Positions 47,828-59,435 of a stretch of DNA of 64,000 bases are shown one piece after another. The stretch comes from Planktothrix sp. GU0601_MAG3 (GTDB taxonomy: Bacteria > Cyanobacteriota > Cyanobacteriia > Cyanobacteriales > Microcoleaceae): assembly GCA_035193785.1 (NCBI GenBank), contig CP136572.1, forward strand, positions 416,001 to 480,000. Direction: 5' to 3'. The first letter of the stretch is position 1. The number at the start of each line of letters is the position of its first letter. The notes under the pieces are model-generated. The model did not search any database. It saw nothing but the letters and a program-made list of their open reading frames with translations, and was not told the origin of the DNA. Made by a program: the position numbers and the translations under genes.

Positions 47828-48114
47828 ACCTTAGTTTGTTGTTGCGCTTCAGCGCACTCTAAAAATATGGAGCGCCGCATCGCAACAACAAATGTTTTTA
47901 TCGGTTCAAATAATTATGATTAATTTTTACAATACCCATCGAAAGTTATGGGTTAGGTTTATCATATTTTCTCTAAAAAATAGAGTGTTAAATTAGACAA
48001 CAGCTACTAATTCCAGTTTTATAATCATATAAAATTGATGAATTGAAGCACAATTGCGGCTCTTTCAAGATTATTATAGAGAGTGATGCCCATTTGTTCC
48101 ATAAAGAAATTGCT

Positions 48115-49555
48115 ATGTTTGATGCTCTTGCTGAACGCTTTGAATCGACCTGGAAAAAACTCCGAGGTCAAGATAAAATTAGCGAGTCTAATATTCAAGA
48201 TGCCCTAAAAGAAGTCCGTCGCGCCCTACTCGAAGCCGATGTTAACCTGCAAGTGGTTAAGGAATTTGTCGCCGAAGTGGGCGAAAAAGCCCAGGGAGCA
48301 GCCGTCGTGTCCGGTGTGCGACCGGGGGAACAGTTTGTCAAAATCGTCCATGATGAATTGGTCAACGTCATGGGGGAAAGTAACATTCCCCTCGCCCAAG
48401 CGGACACCGCCCCAACAATTATCTTAATGGCCGGGTTGCAAGGGACAGGAAAAACCACCGCCACGGCTAAATTAGCCCTGCATTTGAGAAAGGAAAATCG
48501 CACCGCCCTATTAGTCGCCACCGACATTTATCGCCCCGCCGCGATTAATCAATTAATCACATTAGGCAAACAAATTAACGTTCCCGTGTTTGAAATGGGA
48601 ACCGATACCGACCCGGTAGAAATTGCCCGTCAAGGGGTCGAATATGCCCGAAATCAAGATATTGATACGGTGATTATTGACACCGCCGGACGTCTGCAAA
48701 TAGACGAAAATATGATGGCGGAATTAGCCCAAATTAAAGAAACCATTGAACCCCATGAAACCCTATTAGTCGTGGATGCCATGACGGGTCAAGAAGCAGC
48801 AAATCTTACCCGGACTTTTAACGAACGAATTGGGATAACAGGCGCGATTTTAACTAAGATGGATGGGGATAGTCGCGGTGGGGCGGCGCTATCAATTCGT
48901 CGGGTATCGGGGGCACCGATTAAATTTGTGGGGGTGGGGGAAAAAGTCGAAGCTCTGCAACCATTTTATCCTGACCGGGTTGCCTCTCGAATTTTAGGCA
49001 TGGGGGATATTTTAACCTTAGTTGAAAAAGCCCAAGAGGAATTCGACTTGGCGGACGCCGAGAGAATGCAGGAAAAAATTGTGACGGCAAAATTCGATTT
49101 CACCGACTTCCTGCGTCAAACTCGGATGATGAAAAATATGGGATCTTTGGGGGGATTAATTAAGTTAATTCCGGGGATGAATAAGATTTCCCAAGACCAA
49201 TTAGACCAGGGGGAAGCCCAATTAAAACGCTCGGAAGCGATGATTAATTCCATGACCGTTAATGAGCGCCAAAACCCTGATTTATTAGCTAGTTCTCCTT
49301 CCCGTCGTAAACGTATTGCTAAGGGTTTCAGGAATGCTAGAAAAAGATGTGATGAAGTTAGTTAGTGACTTCCAGAAAATGCGGGTGATGATGCAACAAA
49401 TGAGTCAGGGAATGATGCCTGGAATGGGAGGGATGCCCGGGATGGGGGGAATGCCGGGGATGGGAGGAATGCCGGGGATGCCAGGCGGTTATCCCGGGGC
49501 GGCTAAGGCCAAGAAAAAGAAAGACAAGAAGAAAAAAGGTTTCGGACAACTTTAA
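48115..49555 (+). CDS. ffh: Signal recognition particle protein (apparent frameshift at 49325)
   Basis: GLQGTGKTT, DTAGR, TKMDGDSRGG, SRILGMGD, Met-rich tail. Confidence 0.97.
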
Positions 49556-49745
49556 CCCAACCTCAGCAAAAAGCTTCTGACCCAATTGCTTACTTTACTG
49601 CACCGGAAAACCAGGATTTAGGGATTGTGAAAGCTCTCCCTAAATCTCGACTAAAACCCCTTTTAGATCTGTTTCCCTATCCTGCCTTAACAACAGTTTC
49701 TATAGCTTAATTTGTCATTAATGTATTCTGAATTGGAAGGGGGAA

Positions 49746-50996
49746 CTAATCAATTAAACGGATAAATTTCTTTTTGCCAACTTGCAGAACTTTCCCCTTT
49801 AATTCATCAATAGAATTAAATGTTATATCAATTTCAGAAATGCGATCGCCATCCAACTTAACCGCCCCTCCTTGAATTTCTCGCCGCGCTTCACTGCTGC
49901 TTTTACATAACTTACTCGCACTGAGAATATAAAATAACTTCGCCGGAAATTGAATCTCAGCTAAGGAAAACTCCGGGACGGCTTCGGCGGTTTTCGCATC
50001 CCCTTGAACTAAGGTTAAAGACGCTTTTTGAGCCTCTAATGCTGCTTCCTTTCCATGGAATTGAGAGGCAATTTCTAACCCTAATAACTTTTGTTTTTCC
50101 CGGGGATTTTCTGGTAATTGATCCAAGGGAAGATTAGTTAACAGTTCAAAATATTGGTTTAATAGATTATCTTGAACCTTCTCTAATTTAGAATACATGG
50201 CTAAGGGATCTTCCGATAACGCCACATAATTTCCCAGGGATTTCGACATTTTTTGTACCCCATCCGTCCCAATTAAAATTGGCATTAATAAACCAAATTG
50301 CGGTTTTTGTCCAAAATGTCTTTGTAAATCCCGTCCCACGGCTAAATTAAACTTTTGATCCGTCCCGCCAATTTCAATATCCGCCTCCACCGCCACGGAA
50401 TCATAACCCTGCATTAACGGATAGAGAAATTCATGCAAATAGATGGGATTTTCCTGGTTAAACCGCAGGGAAAAACCCTCTTTAGCTAACATTTGTCCGA
50501 CGGTCATGGTTGCCAATAATTCCAAGATTTTCGGTAAATCTAATTTTGATAACCATTCCGAATTGTAGCGAATTTCCAACCGTCCGGGGGTATCAAAATC
50601 CAAAATTGGACGCAGTTGTTCTAAATAAGTTTGAGCATTTTTCTGGACATCTTCCGAGGTTAATTGACGGCGAACTTCTGATTTTCCGGTGGGGTCGCCA
50701 ATTCTAGCGGTAAAATCCCCAATAATTAATACAGCGATATGACCCGCATCTTGAAAAGCGCGTAACTTGCGAATCGGGATACTATGACCCAAATGAATAT
50801 CCGACGCCGTGGGGTCAATGCCAAATTTAACTCTCAGGGGTCGATTTGTGGTTAATAATCGTTGGCCTAAATTCTCATCGGGGTTGTGGGAATTGATAAT
50901 TTCAGGGAAAATCTCAGTGATCCCTCGGCGAAGGGTAGGAAAATTTTGTAGAGACGCCACCGATTCCATTGGTTCAGGAGAGGGACTAATAACCAT
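49746..50996 (-). CDS. tyrS: Tyrosine-tRNA ligase
   Basis: GIDPT..DIHLGH, KMSKS, C-terminal S4 domain. Confidence 0.97.
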   Translation of the reverse strand: MVISPSPEPMESVASLQNFPTLRRGITEIFPEIINSHNPDENLGQRLLTTNRPLRVKFGIDPTASDIHLGHSIPIRKLRAFQDAGHIAVLIIGDFTARIGDPTGKSEVRRQLTSEDVQKNAQTYLEQLRPILDFDTPGRLEIRYNSEWLSKLDLPKILELLATMTVGQMLAKEGFSLRFNQENPIYLHEFLYPLMQGYDSVAVEADIEIGGTDQKFNLAVGRDLQRHFGQKPQFGLLMPILIGTDGVQKMSKSLGNYVALSEDPLAMYSKLEKVQDNLLNQYFELLTNLPLDQLPENPREKQKLLGLEIASQFHGKEAALEAQKASLTLVQGDAKTAEAVPEFSLAEIQFPAKLFYILSASKLCKSSSEARREIQGGAVKLDGDRISEIDITFNSIDELKGKVLQVGKKKFIRLID

Positions 50997-51124
50997 GATC
51001 TTAAAATTCTTTTGCCAATTTGGGGTAAAATCCGTTAACCTTGATCCCGGATAGGAAATTTTTTTGATTTATTATGTAGGTACTTCACCTGCACAATGTC
51101 AATGTTATATGCTATCACCAGAAG

Positions 51125-52462
51125 GTGAACTACCGCACACCGATCCTGTCGGATTCGGTGTGGGCTTCTGATTTCTTCACCCGATGCCCTTTCACCTTGC
51201 GGTTATCCGGTCTTACACAGGTTTCCCTCAGCAGAGACGGGGTTCCCTCCGCCTTTAGTTAATATTTTGATCCCTTCACCCCTGATGTTGAGTGCAGCGT
51301 TTTCATCACGGTCATGGTGAGTTTGACAGCTTGGACAATCCCATTCTCTGACATCGAGAGATAACTCACTTAGGATATGACCGCAACTCGAACAGGTTTT
51401 GGAACTGGGGAAAAAGCGATCAATTTCTACAAGGAGCGCCATTTTTTGTTTCAACTTATAGTCAATAAAGTTGACGAATTTTCCCCACCCCACATCAGAT
51501 ATGGATTTTGACAACTTTTGGTTCTTAACCATCCCCTTGACGTTGAGATTTTCAACGACAATTACCTGGCTTTCGTTGACCAATTTTCTTGATAATTTAT
51601 GCAAGAAATCTTGGCGGGAGTTAGCTATTTTCTCATGAACCTTAGCAACATTTTTTCTGAATTTCTCTCTCGATTGACTGCCTTTAGTTTTCCGGGAGAG
51701 TTTTTTCTGTTTTCGTGCTAGATTTTTCTGATGACGGTTTAAATGCTTGGGATTAGCATATTTAGTAACAGTTTCTCCGTCATGGACAATCGCATAATCT
51801 TTTAATCCGAGATCGATTCCAATAATTTTATCTCCTGACTGTTTGATGTCAGTTGCTTCCACTTCACATAAAATTGAAGCAAAGTATTTATCACTTGAAG
51901 TCTTAGAAATTGTTACTGTTTTAATTTTCCCTGTGATTTCTCGGTGAAATATAGCTTTGATTTCACCCATCTTAGGGACTTTTAGAGATTCACCATGAAC
52001 AGTAACATTCTGGGGATACTGAATTGATTGCTTGTAATGTTTAGATTTGAATTTGGGAAATTTAGCTCGTCCCTCAAAGAAGTTTTTGTAGGCTCTATCT
52101 AAGTTAATAGCTACGCATTGAAGAACCGATGAGTAGCAATCCTCTTTGAGCCAAGGATATTCTTTTTTGAGTTGAGGTAACATCCCCTTGTAAGATGTTA
52201 ATTTTAGACTTTTACCCGTTTCTTGATAGTGCTCAATACAGGCATTTAAGGCATAATTCCAATACCATCTTGCACAGCCAAACGACTTAGCCAATGCTAA
52301 TTCTTGTTCGGGTGTTGGGTACAGTCTAACCTTTGTAGCCTTGAGCACTTTGAATCACCTCCTTTTTTTTAGGATAACCCATGATTAAACATTCTAATCC
52401 CTGACCGCAATTCATCCCACGCTGCCCTACCGGGTCAGACGTGAGGATTCTTGCGGAAAAAG
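51125..52462 (-). mobile_element. IS200/IS605-family element 2: tnpB only, tnpA-deleted relative of element 3
   Basis: Right end GTAGTTCAC; left end shared with element 3; TTTAG immediately 5' of the left end. Confidence 0.88.
51130..52348 (-). CDS. tnpB: TnpB (apparent frameshift at 51221 near the C-terminus)
   Basis: GIDLG / VENL / DRD intact; corrected tail aligns with element 3. Confidence 0.93.
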
Positions 52463-52538
52463 CTAAAAAAAGTTATATTTCTGTCTGTAAGCCCTAGATG
52501 TTGTGTAGCCCTGTGTTCATTGAGGGAGTAAATTAAAC

Positions 52539-54467
52539 GTGTCATCAACTAATGCAATCCCACGCGATGTTAGGGTCAACAACCCCTCAACGTTGTTTGA
52601 CTTTGTGCAGTCGGTCAGCAAAGTAACGGCTGGAACCTTACTCGGCGTTACCATGTTAACCAGTTCGGTCGTGGCTGGAGGGTTAGTCGGTTTGGCGGTC
52701 AGTTTCCGTAACCTTCCTGATGTGCGGGTGTTACAGAACTATGTGCCCACGGAAACCACCCATATCTATGATATTAAGGGGGTTCCTCTGGCCAGCCTCC
52801 ATGATGAAGCCAATCGTGAAGTCGTCTCCCTGAACGAGATATCTCCCCATCTAAAACGGGCTGTAATCGCGATTGAAGATAGTAATTTTTTCGATCACAA
52901 GGGAATTAACCCGACGGGGATTGTGCGGGCGTTTGTCGCTAACTTTGAACGGGGTTCCACCGTGGAGGGGGGTTCTACCCTGACCATGCAGTTGGTGAAA
53001 AATCTATTTTTATCCCCGAATCGTACCATGAGCCGTAAAGCCGCAGAAGCGGTGATGGCGATTCGTTTAGAACAGATTTTATCAAAAGACGAAATTTTAG
53101 AACTGTATCTGAATCAGGTCTATTGGGGTCATAACCTCTATGGGGTAGAAACCGCAGCCCGCAGTTATTTTAATAAATCGGCGAAGGACTTGACCCTGGC
53201 GGAATCGGCTATGATGGCGGGTCTGATTCCCGCACCGGAGGATTATAGTCCCTTTGCCAATTACAAAAAAGCCAAACAAAGACAGTTAATAGTTTTGAAG
53301 CGGATGCGGGAACTTCAGTGGATTACCCCCCAAGAAGAAGCCACAGCCAAAAAACAAAACCTACTGGTGGGCAAAATTACCTCCTTTAGCAGTAGCCGTC
53401 TTCCCTATGTGACGGAGGCCGTTGTTCAGGAGCTTTCTAATCGTTTTGGTCGGGAGGCGGTGCTCAAGGGCGGAATGCGGATTCAAACCACCATTGATAT
53501 GAATTTTCAACGGATGGCCGAGAAAACCGTCAGTGAATGGCATGAAAACCTTTACTATCAGGGGATTTATAGAAGTTTAGAAAATGGCCAAATTGCTTTA
53601 GTTGCCATTGACCCCCGTACCCATTTTGTGAAGGCGATGGTCGGGGGAGCCGACTATAAAACCAGTCAGTATAATCGGGCGATTCAAGCTCTACGTCAAC
53701 CCGGTTCCGCCTTTAAACCCTTTGTTTATTACGCAGCCTTTGCTAGTGGCAAATATGGCCCGGATTCCACGGTTTATGACAGCCCGGTGAGTTATCCCGA
53801 TGGCTATGGTTACTATTCTCCTCAGAACTACGGGGGCGGTTTCTCCGGGGCGGTGAGTATTCGCACGGCTTTAGAAAGTTCCCTGAATATTCCGGCGGTC
53901 AAACTCGGTCAAGAGGTGGGACTAAATCAGGTGATTGAGGTTTGTCGAGTCCTAGGGATTAAAAGTCCAATTGAACCGGTGATTTCCCTACCTTTGGGGT
54001 CGGTGGATTTAACCCCGATGGAAATGGCTGGAGCCTATGCGACCTTTGCCAATGATGGCTGGCACTCGGAACCCACCTTTATTGTCCAAGTTACTGATAG
54101 TCAAGGTAATGTTTTACTAGATAATACCCCGAAACCTCGATTAGTCCTGGATCAATGGGCTGTGGCGTCCCTAAATAGCGTATTACAAGGGGTAATTAGT
54201 CGGGGGACAGCAACCCGCGCCCAAATTGGACGTCCGGCGGCGGGAAAAACCGGAACTACTTCTTCTGAGCGGGATATCTGGTTTGCGGGATATACTCCCG
54301 ACTTGGCCACGGCCGTTTGGGTGGGGAATGACAATTACACTCCCCTGAGTTATGGATCAACTGGAGGGACAACGGTGGCCCCCATCTGGCGTGACTTTAT
54401 GTCACAAGCCCTAGAGGGAAAACCGGCAACCTCCTTTAAACCGGCTTCAGCCTACACCAAACCTTAA
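52539..54467 (+). CDS. Class A penicillin-binding protein (PBP1A family)
   Basis: EDSNFFDH, GGSTLTMQL, RQPGSAFKP, SLN, KTGT. Confidence 0.93.
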   Translation: MSSTNAIPRDVRVNNPSTLFDFVQSVSKVTAGTLLGVTMLTSSVVAGGLVGLAVSFRNLPDVRVLQNYVPTETTHIYDIKGVPLASLHDEANREVVSLNEISPHLKRAVIAIEDSNFFDHKGINPTGIVRAFVANFERGSTVEGGSTLTMQLVKNLFLSPNRTMSRKAAEAVMAIRLEQILSKDEILELYLNQVYWGHNLYGVETAARSYFNKSAKDLTLAESAMMAGLIPAPEDYSPFANYKKAKQRQLIVLKRMRELQWITPQEEATAKKQNLLVGKITSFSSSRLPYVTEAVVQELSNRFGREAVLKGGMRIQTTIDMNFQRMAEKTVSEWHENLYYQGIYRSLENGQIALVAIDPRTHFVKAMVGGADYKTSQYNRAIQALRQPGSAFKPFVYYAAFASGKYGPDSTVYDSPVSYPDGYGYYSPQNYGGGFSGAVSIRTALESSLNIPAVKLGQEVGLNQVIEVCRVLGIKSPIEPVISLPLGSVDLTPMEMAGAYATFANDGWHSEPTFIVQVTDSQGNVLLDNTPKPRLVLDQWAVASLNSVLQGVISRGTATRAQIGRPAAGKTGTTSSERDIWFAGYTPDLATAVWVGNDNYTPLSYGSTGGTTVAPIWRDFMSQALEGKPATSFKPASAYTKP

Positions 54468-54603
54468 TTCTGAATGGGGTTCTCACCCAGGTCAACAATT
54501 TTTCCCTGGAGGGGAGTAGAATGAAGGTGGCACTAATTGCGGAGTATGCCTGTGTCTGGCTCTGTGGGAGCGGGTTGAAAAGTTATTCCTTTGATTTTTG
54601 AGC

Positions 54604-54779
54604 TATAGCAATCGCGCCCAACGGTTAGGACAAAGATTGACCCGGCCAATAAATCCCCGGTGTTATAGCACTACCAATTAAGGTTAGGACAATACTAAAC
54701 CTTGTAACCTGTTCATAACCTACTGTTGCCCGTTCCCTGTTGCCTGTTGCCTGTTGCCTGTTGCCTGTTCCCTGCTATA
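54604..54779. repeat. Two adjacent TATAGC-ended dispersed repeats with STRR heptamers
   Basis: TATAGCA...GGTTAGGACA twice; ends CCTGCTATA. Confidence 0.6.
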
Positions 54780-54856
54780 TAAGTGTCTGGGAACTTGCTT
54801 TAATCGCTACTCCCTATTTGTTGGAAATTTTTTTATAGGTTAGGATCTAATTTGTT

Positions 54857-55085
54857 ATGGAAAAGAATACATTTTCTTCACCGAATACAACTCAGAAAGT
54901 GGAAGTTTCAATTCATATTGATTCTGAGTTGCTCAATCAGATTAAACATCTCACCAATGACCCCAGCAAAGTCATTGAGACAGCCCTGCGCCAATGGCTT
55001 AGAGGAGAGCGTCCAGAGGATGAACTGGCTTTGACACTGCAACGAAACCCTCCAGTTTCCGCCCCGAGGGGAATGGAACGATTAA
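54857..55085 (+). CDS. Small ribbon-helix-helix/CcdA-like protein (apparent frameshift at 55055; true end PPRGEWND)
   Basis: V.VSIHIDSELL...SKVIETALRQWL. Confidence 0.7.
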
Positions 55086-55098
55086 ATCCGTTATCAAT

Positions 55099-55438
55099 GT
55101 GGGTACTTGCCATGGCGCGTCTGTGTGGGTACTTGCCATGGCGCGTCTGTGTGGGTACTTGCCATAGCGCGTCTGTGTGGGTACTTGCCATAGCGCGTCT
55201 ATGTAGGTACTTGCCATAGCGCGTCTATGTAGGTACTTGCCATGGCGCGTCTATGTAGGTACTTGCCATAGCGCGTCTATGTAGGTACTTGCCATAGCGC
55301 GTCTGTGTGGGTACTTTCCATGGCGCGTCTGTGTGGGTACTTGCCATAGCGCGTCTGTGTGGGTACTTGCCATAGCGCGTCTATGTGGGTACTTGCCATG
55401 GCTCGTCCGTTTAGGGGCTTGCCATGGTCTGTCTCCAC
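55099..55438. repeat. 26-bp tandem repeat, 12 copies plus one degenerate, REP-derived
   Basis: GTRGGTACTTGCCATRGCGCGTCTRT unit with no spacers. Confidence 0.92.
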
Positions 55439-55505
55439 CAGTTATCAGTCAAGAAGTGAATGGTTGATTAACTATTCACTGTTCACTATGTAGTCGCTAA
55501 TGTGA

Positions 55506-57270
55506 ATGAACTTAGACGAGAACTCTCAGTTTGCAGGTTCGACTTCGGCTGACCAGATCTGGCAGAACTTGGGTGCTGATCTGGTTTTTATTCAAAATGC
55601 CGCAGGTGAGTATTTATCTTTTCATTGGCAACGAGATGATCGTTATTCTTTACCTGTGGATACCATTGTCGGATCGTCGATGGCAGAATACTTTAAACCT
55701 GTTATCCTTTCTCCCTATCAGGATCGAATCACCCGGGTGTTAACCAGTTTAATTCCCGAGAGATTTATTTATTCATTTGCTTATGAAGATCAATATATTC
55801 CATTAGAACTGACAATGACTCCTGTTTTGGTTTCTAATGGAAAACCAGATAGAGTATTGGTTATGGGCTGTGTTCTGGAACAACCCGAAGAAAATTTAGA
55901 CATGAGTATGTCGGAGATTATTGCCTATCGTTCCCTTCCTTCTAATTTGGAAATCCCCCAAAAAATGCTGATCCAAATTGCTGGAACTATGTGTCGCGCA
56001 GTTTCTCCCAGTTCCCATATTTATCAAAGATTATTAAGTCAAATTGCCCAAAAAATTCGTCGAAACCCTAGATTTAAAGCAAATTTGGCAACAAACGGTT
56101 AATAGTTTAGGGCAGGTTTTGGGGGTGAGTCGTTGTATTTTATGTCCCTATCGAGTTGGAAAAGAGGATAATTGGGGTTTACAAGAAACCCAGGTAGTGG
56201 CTGAATATCGCCTACTGGAATTTCCCATGATGTTGGGTTTGGATTTAGCCATTGCCAATGAGTTAGGTTGGACGCAGGCCTTAGCCACCTTAGAACCCGT
56301 GGTGGTCGAACGCACCTCCCCGGATCAAGATCCCTATAAACGCTATTCTATTTTAGTCATCGCCACCTCCTATCAAGATCAGGCTAATGGAATTATTAGT
56401 TTGCAACAGTGCGATCGCTTTCGACAATGGACATCGGCGGAAGTGGAATTTATCCGAGAATTAGCCACCCATGTCGGAACGGCCATTGCCCACGCTACTC
56501 TCTATCAAGAACTAGAAGAAGCCCGCATGGAAGCGGTGGCTCTTTCTCGGTTAAAAAGTGAATTTCTGGCGAATACCTCCCATGAATTACGCACGCCTTT
56601 AAATGGAATTATTGGGTTTTTAAAGTTAGTTTTAGATGGGATGGTGGATGATCCCGAAGAAGCAGAAGAATTTATTCAAGAAGCCCATCGATCCGCTTTA
56701 CACCTACTAAACTTAATTAATGATGTTTTAGATATTGCTAAAATTGAAGCCGGAAGAATGGAAATTGACTTGGCTTTAATTAAGGTAAATGAACTGTTAG
56801 ATGAAGTTGAACATTTTACCCGAGCGCAAATTCAAGAAAAAGGATTGACCTTTGCCATCCAAAAAGCAGCCTATGAGGATGAACTCATTGTCTATGGAAA
56901 TTATCAACGGTTACTACAGGTAATGTTGAATTTAGTCGGAAATGCAATTAAATTTACCCATGAAGGGGGAATTAATATTAGTTTAGAAATTATTAAACAA
57001 ACTTTTGTATTTCAAAATCAAGAGTTTCCAGGAGTGGTGGAATTTCGGGTGGCGGACACCGGAATTGGGGTTCCGATTGAAAAACAAGATCGACTTTTTA
57101 AAGCCTTTTCTCAGGTGGATGGGGGCTATACCCGTCAATATGGGGGAACGGGTTTAGGATTAGTAATTTCCCAAAAATTAGTCCAAACTATGGGAGGAAC
57201 AATTAAATTTTATAGCCTTGGGGAAGGATTAGGATCAACGGTTACATTTACAGTGCCTTTGTATCATTGA
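55506..57270 (+). CDS. PAS-like/GAF sensor histidine kinase (apparent frameshift at 56062)
   Basis: GAF domain; SHELRTPL, NLVGNAIKFT, DTGIG, GGTGLGL. Confidence 0.92.
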
Positions 57271-58504
57271 AACCGACCCTGGGTGAACTACCTACACCGC
57301 CATAATCGGGTCGGTGCAGGATCAGCGAATTCACAGACCGATGCCCCTTACTTTTACAAGCAGGTGGACTTACACAGCCTCCATCGGCAAAGACGGGGTT
57401 CCCTCCGCCTTCAGTTAATATCCTGATTCCTTCATTCCTGATGTTAAGTGCAGCGTTTTCGTCACGGTCATGGTGAGTTTGACAACTTGGACAATCCCAC
57501 TCCCTGATATCCAGAGATAACTCATCTAAGACATGACCACAACAGGAACAAGTTTTGGAGCTAGGGAAAAAGCGATCAATTTCTACAAGTCCACCATTTT
57601 TTTGCTTTAACTTGTAATCAATAAAATTGACAAATTTTCCCCAACCCACATCAGATATTGCTTTGGATAGCTTCCGGTTTTTAACCATTCCCTTGACATT
57701 GAGGTTTTCAACGACAATCACTTGGTTTTCGTTTACCAATTTTCTTGATAATTTATGCAAGAAATCTTGGCGGGAATTGGTGATTTTCTCATGAACCTTA
57801 GCTACAGTTTTTCTAAACTTCTCTCTCGATTTACTACCTTTAGTTTTTCGAGAGAGTTTTTTCTGTTTTTGGGCTAAATTTTTCTGATGACGATATAAAT
57901 GTTTAGGGTTGGCGTATTTAGTTGCATTTTTTCCATTATGAGTAATTGCGAAATCTTTTAACCCTAGATCGATCCCAATAATTTCATCCCCCGACTGTTT
58001 AACGTCAGTTCCTTCTACTTCACATAAAATTGAAGCAAAATATTTATCAGTCGAAGTTTTGGAGATTGTTACTGTTTTAATTTTCCCCGTAATCTCTCGG
58101 TGAAATATCGCTTTAATTTCACCAATTCTAGGGACTTTTAGGTATTCATCGTTAACAGTAACACTTTGAGGATACTGGATTGATTGCTTGTGATGTTTAG
58201 ATTTGAAATTAGGAAATTTAGCTCGTCCCTCAAAAAAGTTTTTGTAAGCTCTATCTAAGTTTATAGCTACACATTGTAAAACCGATGAGTAGCAATCTTC
58301 TTTAAGCCAAGGATATTCTTTTTTGAGTTGAGGGAGCATTCCCTTATAAGATGCTAATTTTAGGCTTTTGCCAGTTTCTTGATAGTGCTGAATACAGGCA
58401 TTTAAGGCAAAATTCCAATACCATCTTGCACAACCAAATGACTTGGCTAACGCCAATTCCTGTTCGGCTGTTGGATAGAGCCTAACCTTTGTTACCTTCA
58501 GCAC
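57248..58504 (-). CDS. tnpB: TnpB
   Basis: RuvC triad intact; zinc finger; ORF runs past the right end. Confidence 0.94.
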   Translation of the reverse strand: MLKVTKVRLYPTAEQELALAKSFGCARWYWNFALNACIQHYQETGKSLKLASYKGMLPQLKKEYPWLKEDCYSSVLQCVAINLDRAYKNFFEGRAKFPNFKSKHHKQSIQYPQSVTVNDEYLKVPRIGEIKAIFHREITGKIKTVTISKTSTDKYFASILCEVEGTDVKQSGDEIIGIDLGLKDFAITHNGKNATKYANPKHLYRHQKNLAQKQKKLSRKTKGSKSREKFRKTVAKVHEKITNSRQDFLHKLSRKLVNENQVIVVENLNVKGMVKNRKLSKAISDVGWGKFVNFIDYKLKQKNGGLVEIDRFFPSSKTCSCCGHVLDELSLDIREWDCPSCQTHHDRDENAALNIRNEGIRILTEGGGNPVFADGGCVSPPACKSKGHRSVNSLILHRPDYGGVGSSPRVGFNDTKAL

Positions 58505-59066
58505 TTTAAATCACCTCCTCGGTCGGGTGTTCTGATTTTGCTATACACTGACTATAGCACAAGTTTTAAAATGTGGGGAATCATGAAAAATGATTTTGTC
58601 AGCAAAGGTAGATCTGTTAGCGATCTCAAGGTTCACTTGGTTTTGACGACCAAATACAGACGGAGGGTTTTTACTCTTGAAATGCTGAATCGGCTGCATG
58701 AAATCCTTGAAGAATTACTCCAAAAGTGGGATTGTAAATTAATTGAGTTTAATGGTGAAGATGATCATGTTCATCTTCTTTTTCAATACCATCCAGATAT
58801 CGCTCTGAGTAATTTAGTTAACAACCTCAAATCCTTGACATCTCGAAAACTCAGGCAAGAATTCTCTGATTATTTAAGCTCTTTTTATTGGAAAGATGTT
58901 TTTTGGAATGGTTCTTATTTTGTTGCAAGTTGCGGTGGAATAACTATTTCAACCCTGAGACGATATATCGAGAATCAAAATCAACCTGATTGTTCCGATA
59001 ATCCCTGACCGCAATTCATCCCACGCTGCCCTATCGGGTCAGTCGTGGGGCTTCGGCGCGAAGAAG
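57283..59066 (-). mobile_element. IS200/IS605-family element 3: divergent tnpA + tnpB (IS605 group)
   Basis: Right end TTCAC at 57283; left-end hairpin; TTTAG at 59067-59071. Confidence 0.92.
58583..59008 (+). CDS. tnpA: IS200-type HUH/Y1 transposase TnpA
   Basis: HLVLTTKYRR, DHVHLL, FW..SY, YIENQ. Confidence 0.95.
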   Translation: MKNDFVSKGRSVSDLKVHLVLTTKYRRRVFTLEMLNRLHEILEELLQKWDCKLIEFNGEDDHVHLLFQYHPDIALSNLVNNLKSLTSRKLRQEFSDYLSSFYWKDVFWNGSYFVASCGGITISTLRRYIENQNQPDCSDNP

Positions 59067-59435
59067 CTAAAGCCGAGGGAATTCTTTTTTCATAGGCTCT
59101 TAAAACATCATCCCCACATCTCTACTATAAAACAGTCAGAAGCATTACCCCTGTTCCGGTGTTCCGGTGTTCTGTCTTGGCTAATTTTTTTTACAAAACG
59201 GTAGGTTGGTTTGTAAAATTAACAAAAGTTAATATAAGGCCGTCCTCCGCTATCGCGCTTAAATCCGGCCCTGGGCTGCGGGCCAGTTGACCGTTCGACC
59301 GGGGCTCACGGGTCAAAGGGACGGGGTTTTATTTAAACCCAAATCTTCGATAAAAACTTTAGTTGCACCCCGAATAATTGTCGCCGAATTTGCTAGAATC
59401 TACAGGATTGTCCTGATTATATTTTGTAATTATCC

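Noticed and set aside
49400..49490. GGMPGM repeats at the Ffh C-terminus
   Set aside because: Ordinary Met/Gly-rich tail of SRP54-family proteins
55099..55438. CRISPR array
   Set aside because: Units are contiguous with no unique spacers and derive from a REP
24431..58504. Cas12f effector or nuclease-dead TnpB repressor
   Set aside because: All three TnpBs have intact RuvC residues and IS ends, and none adjoins a CRISPR array
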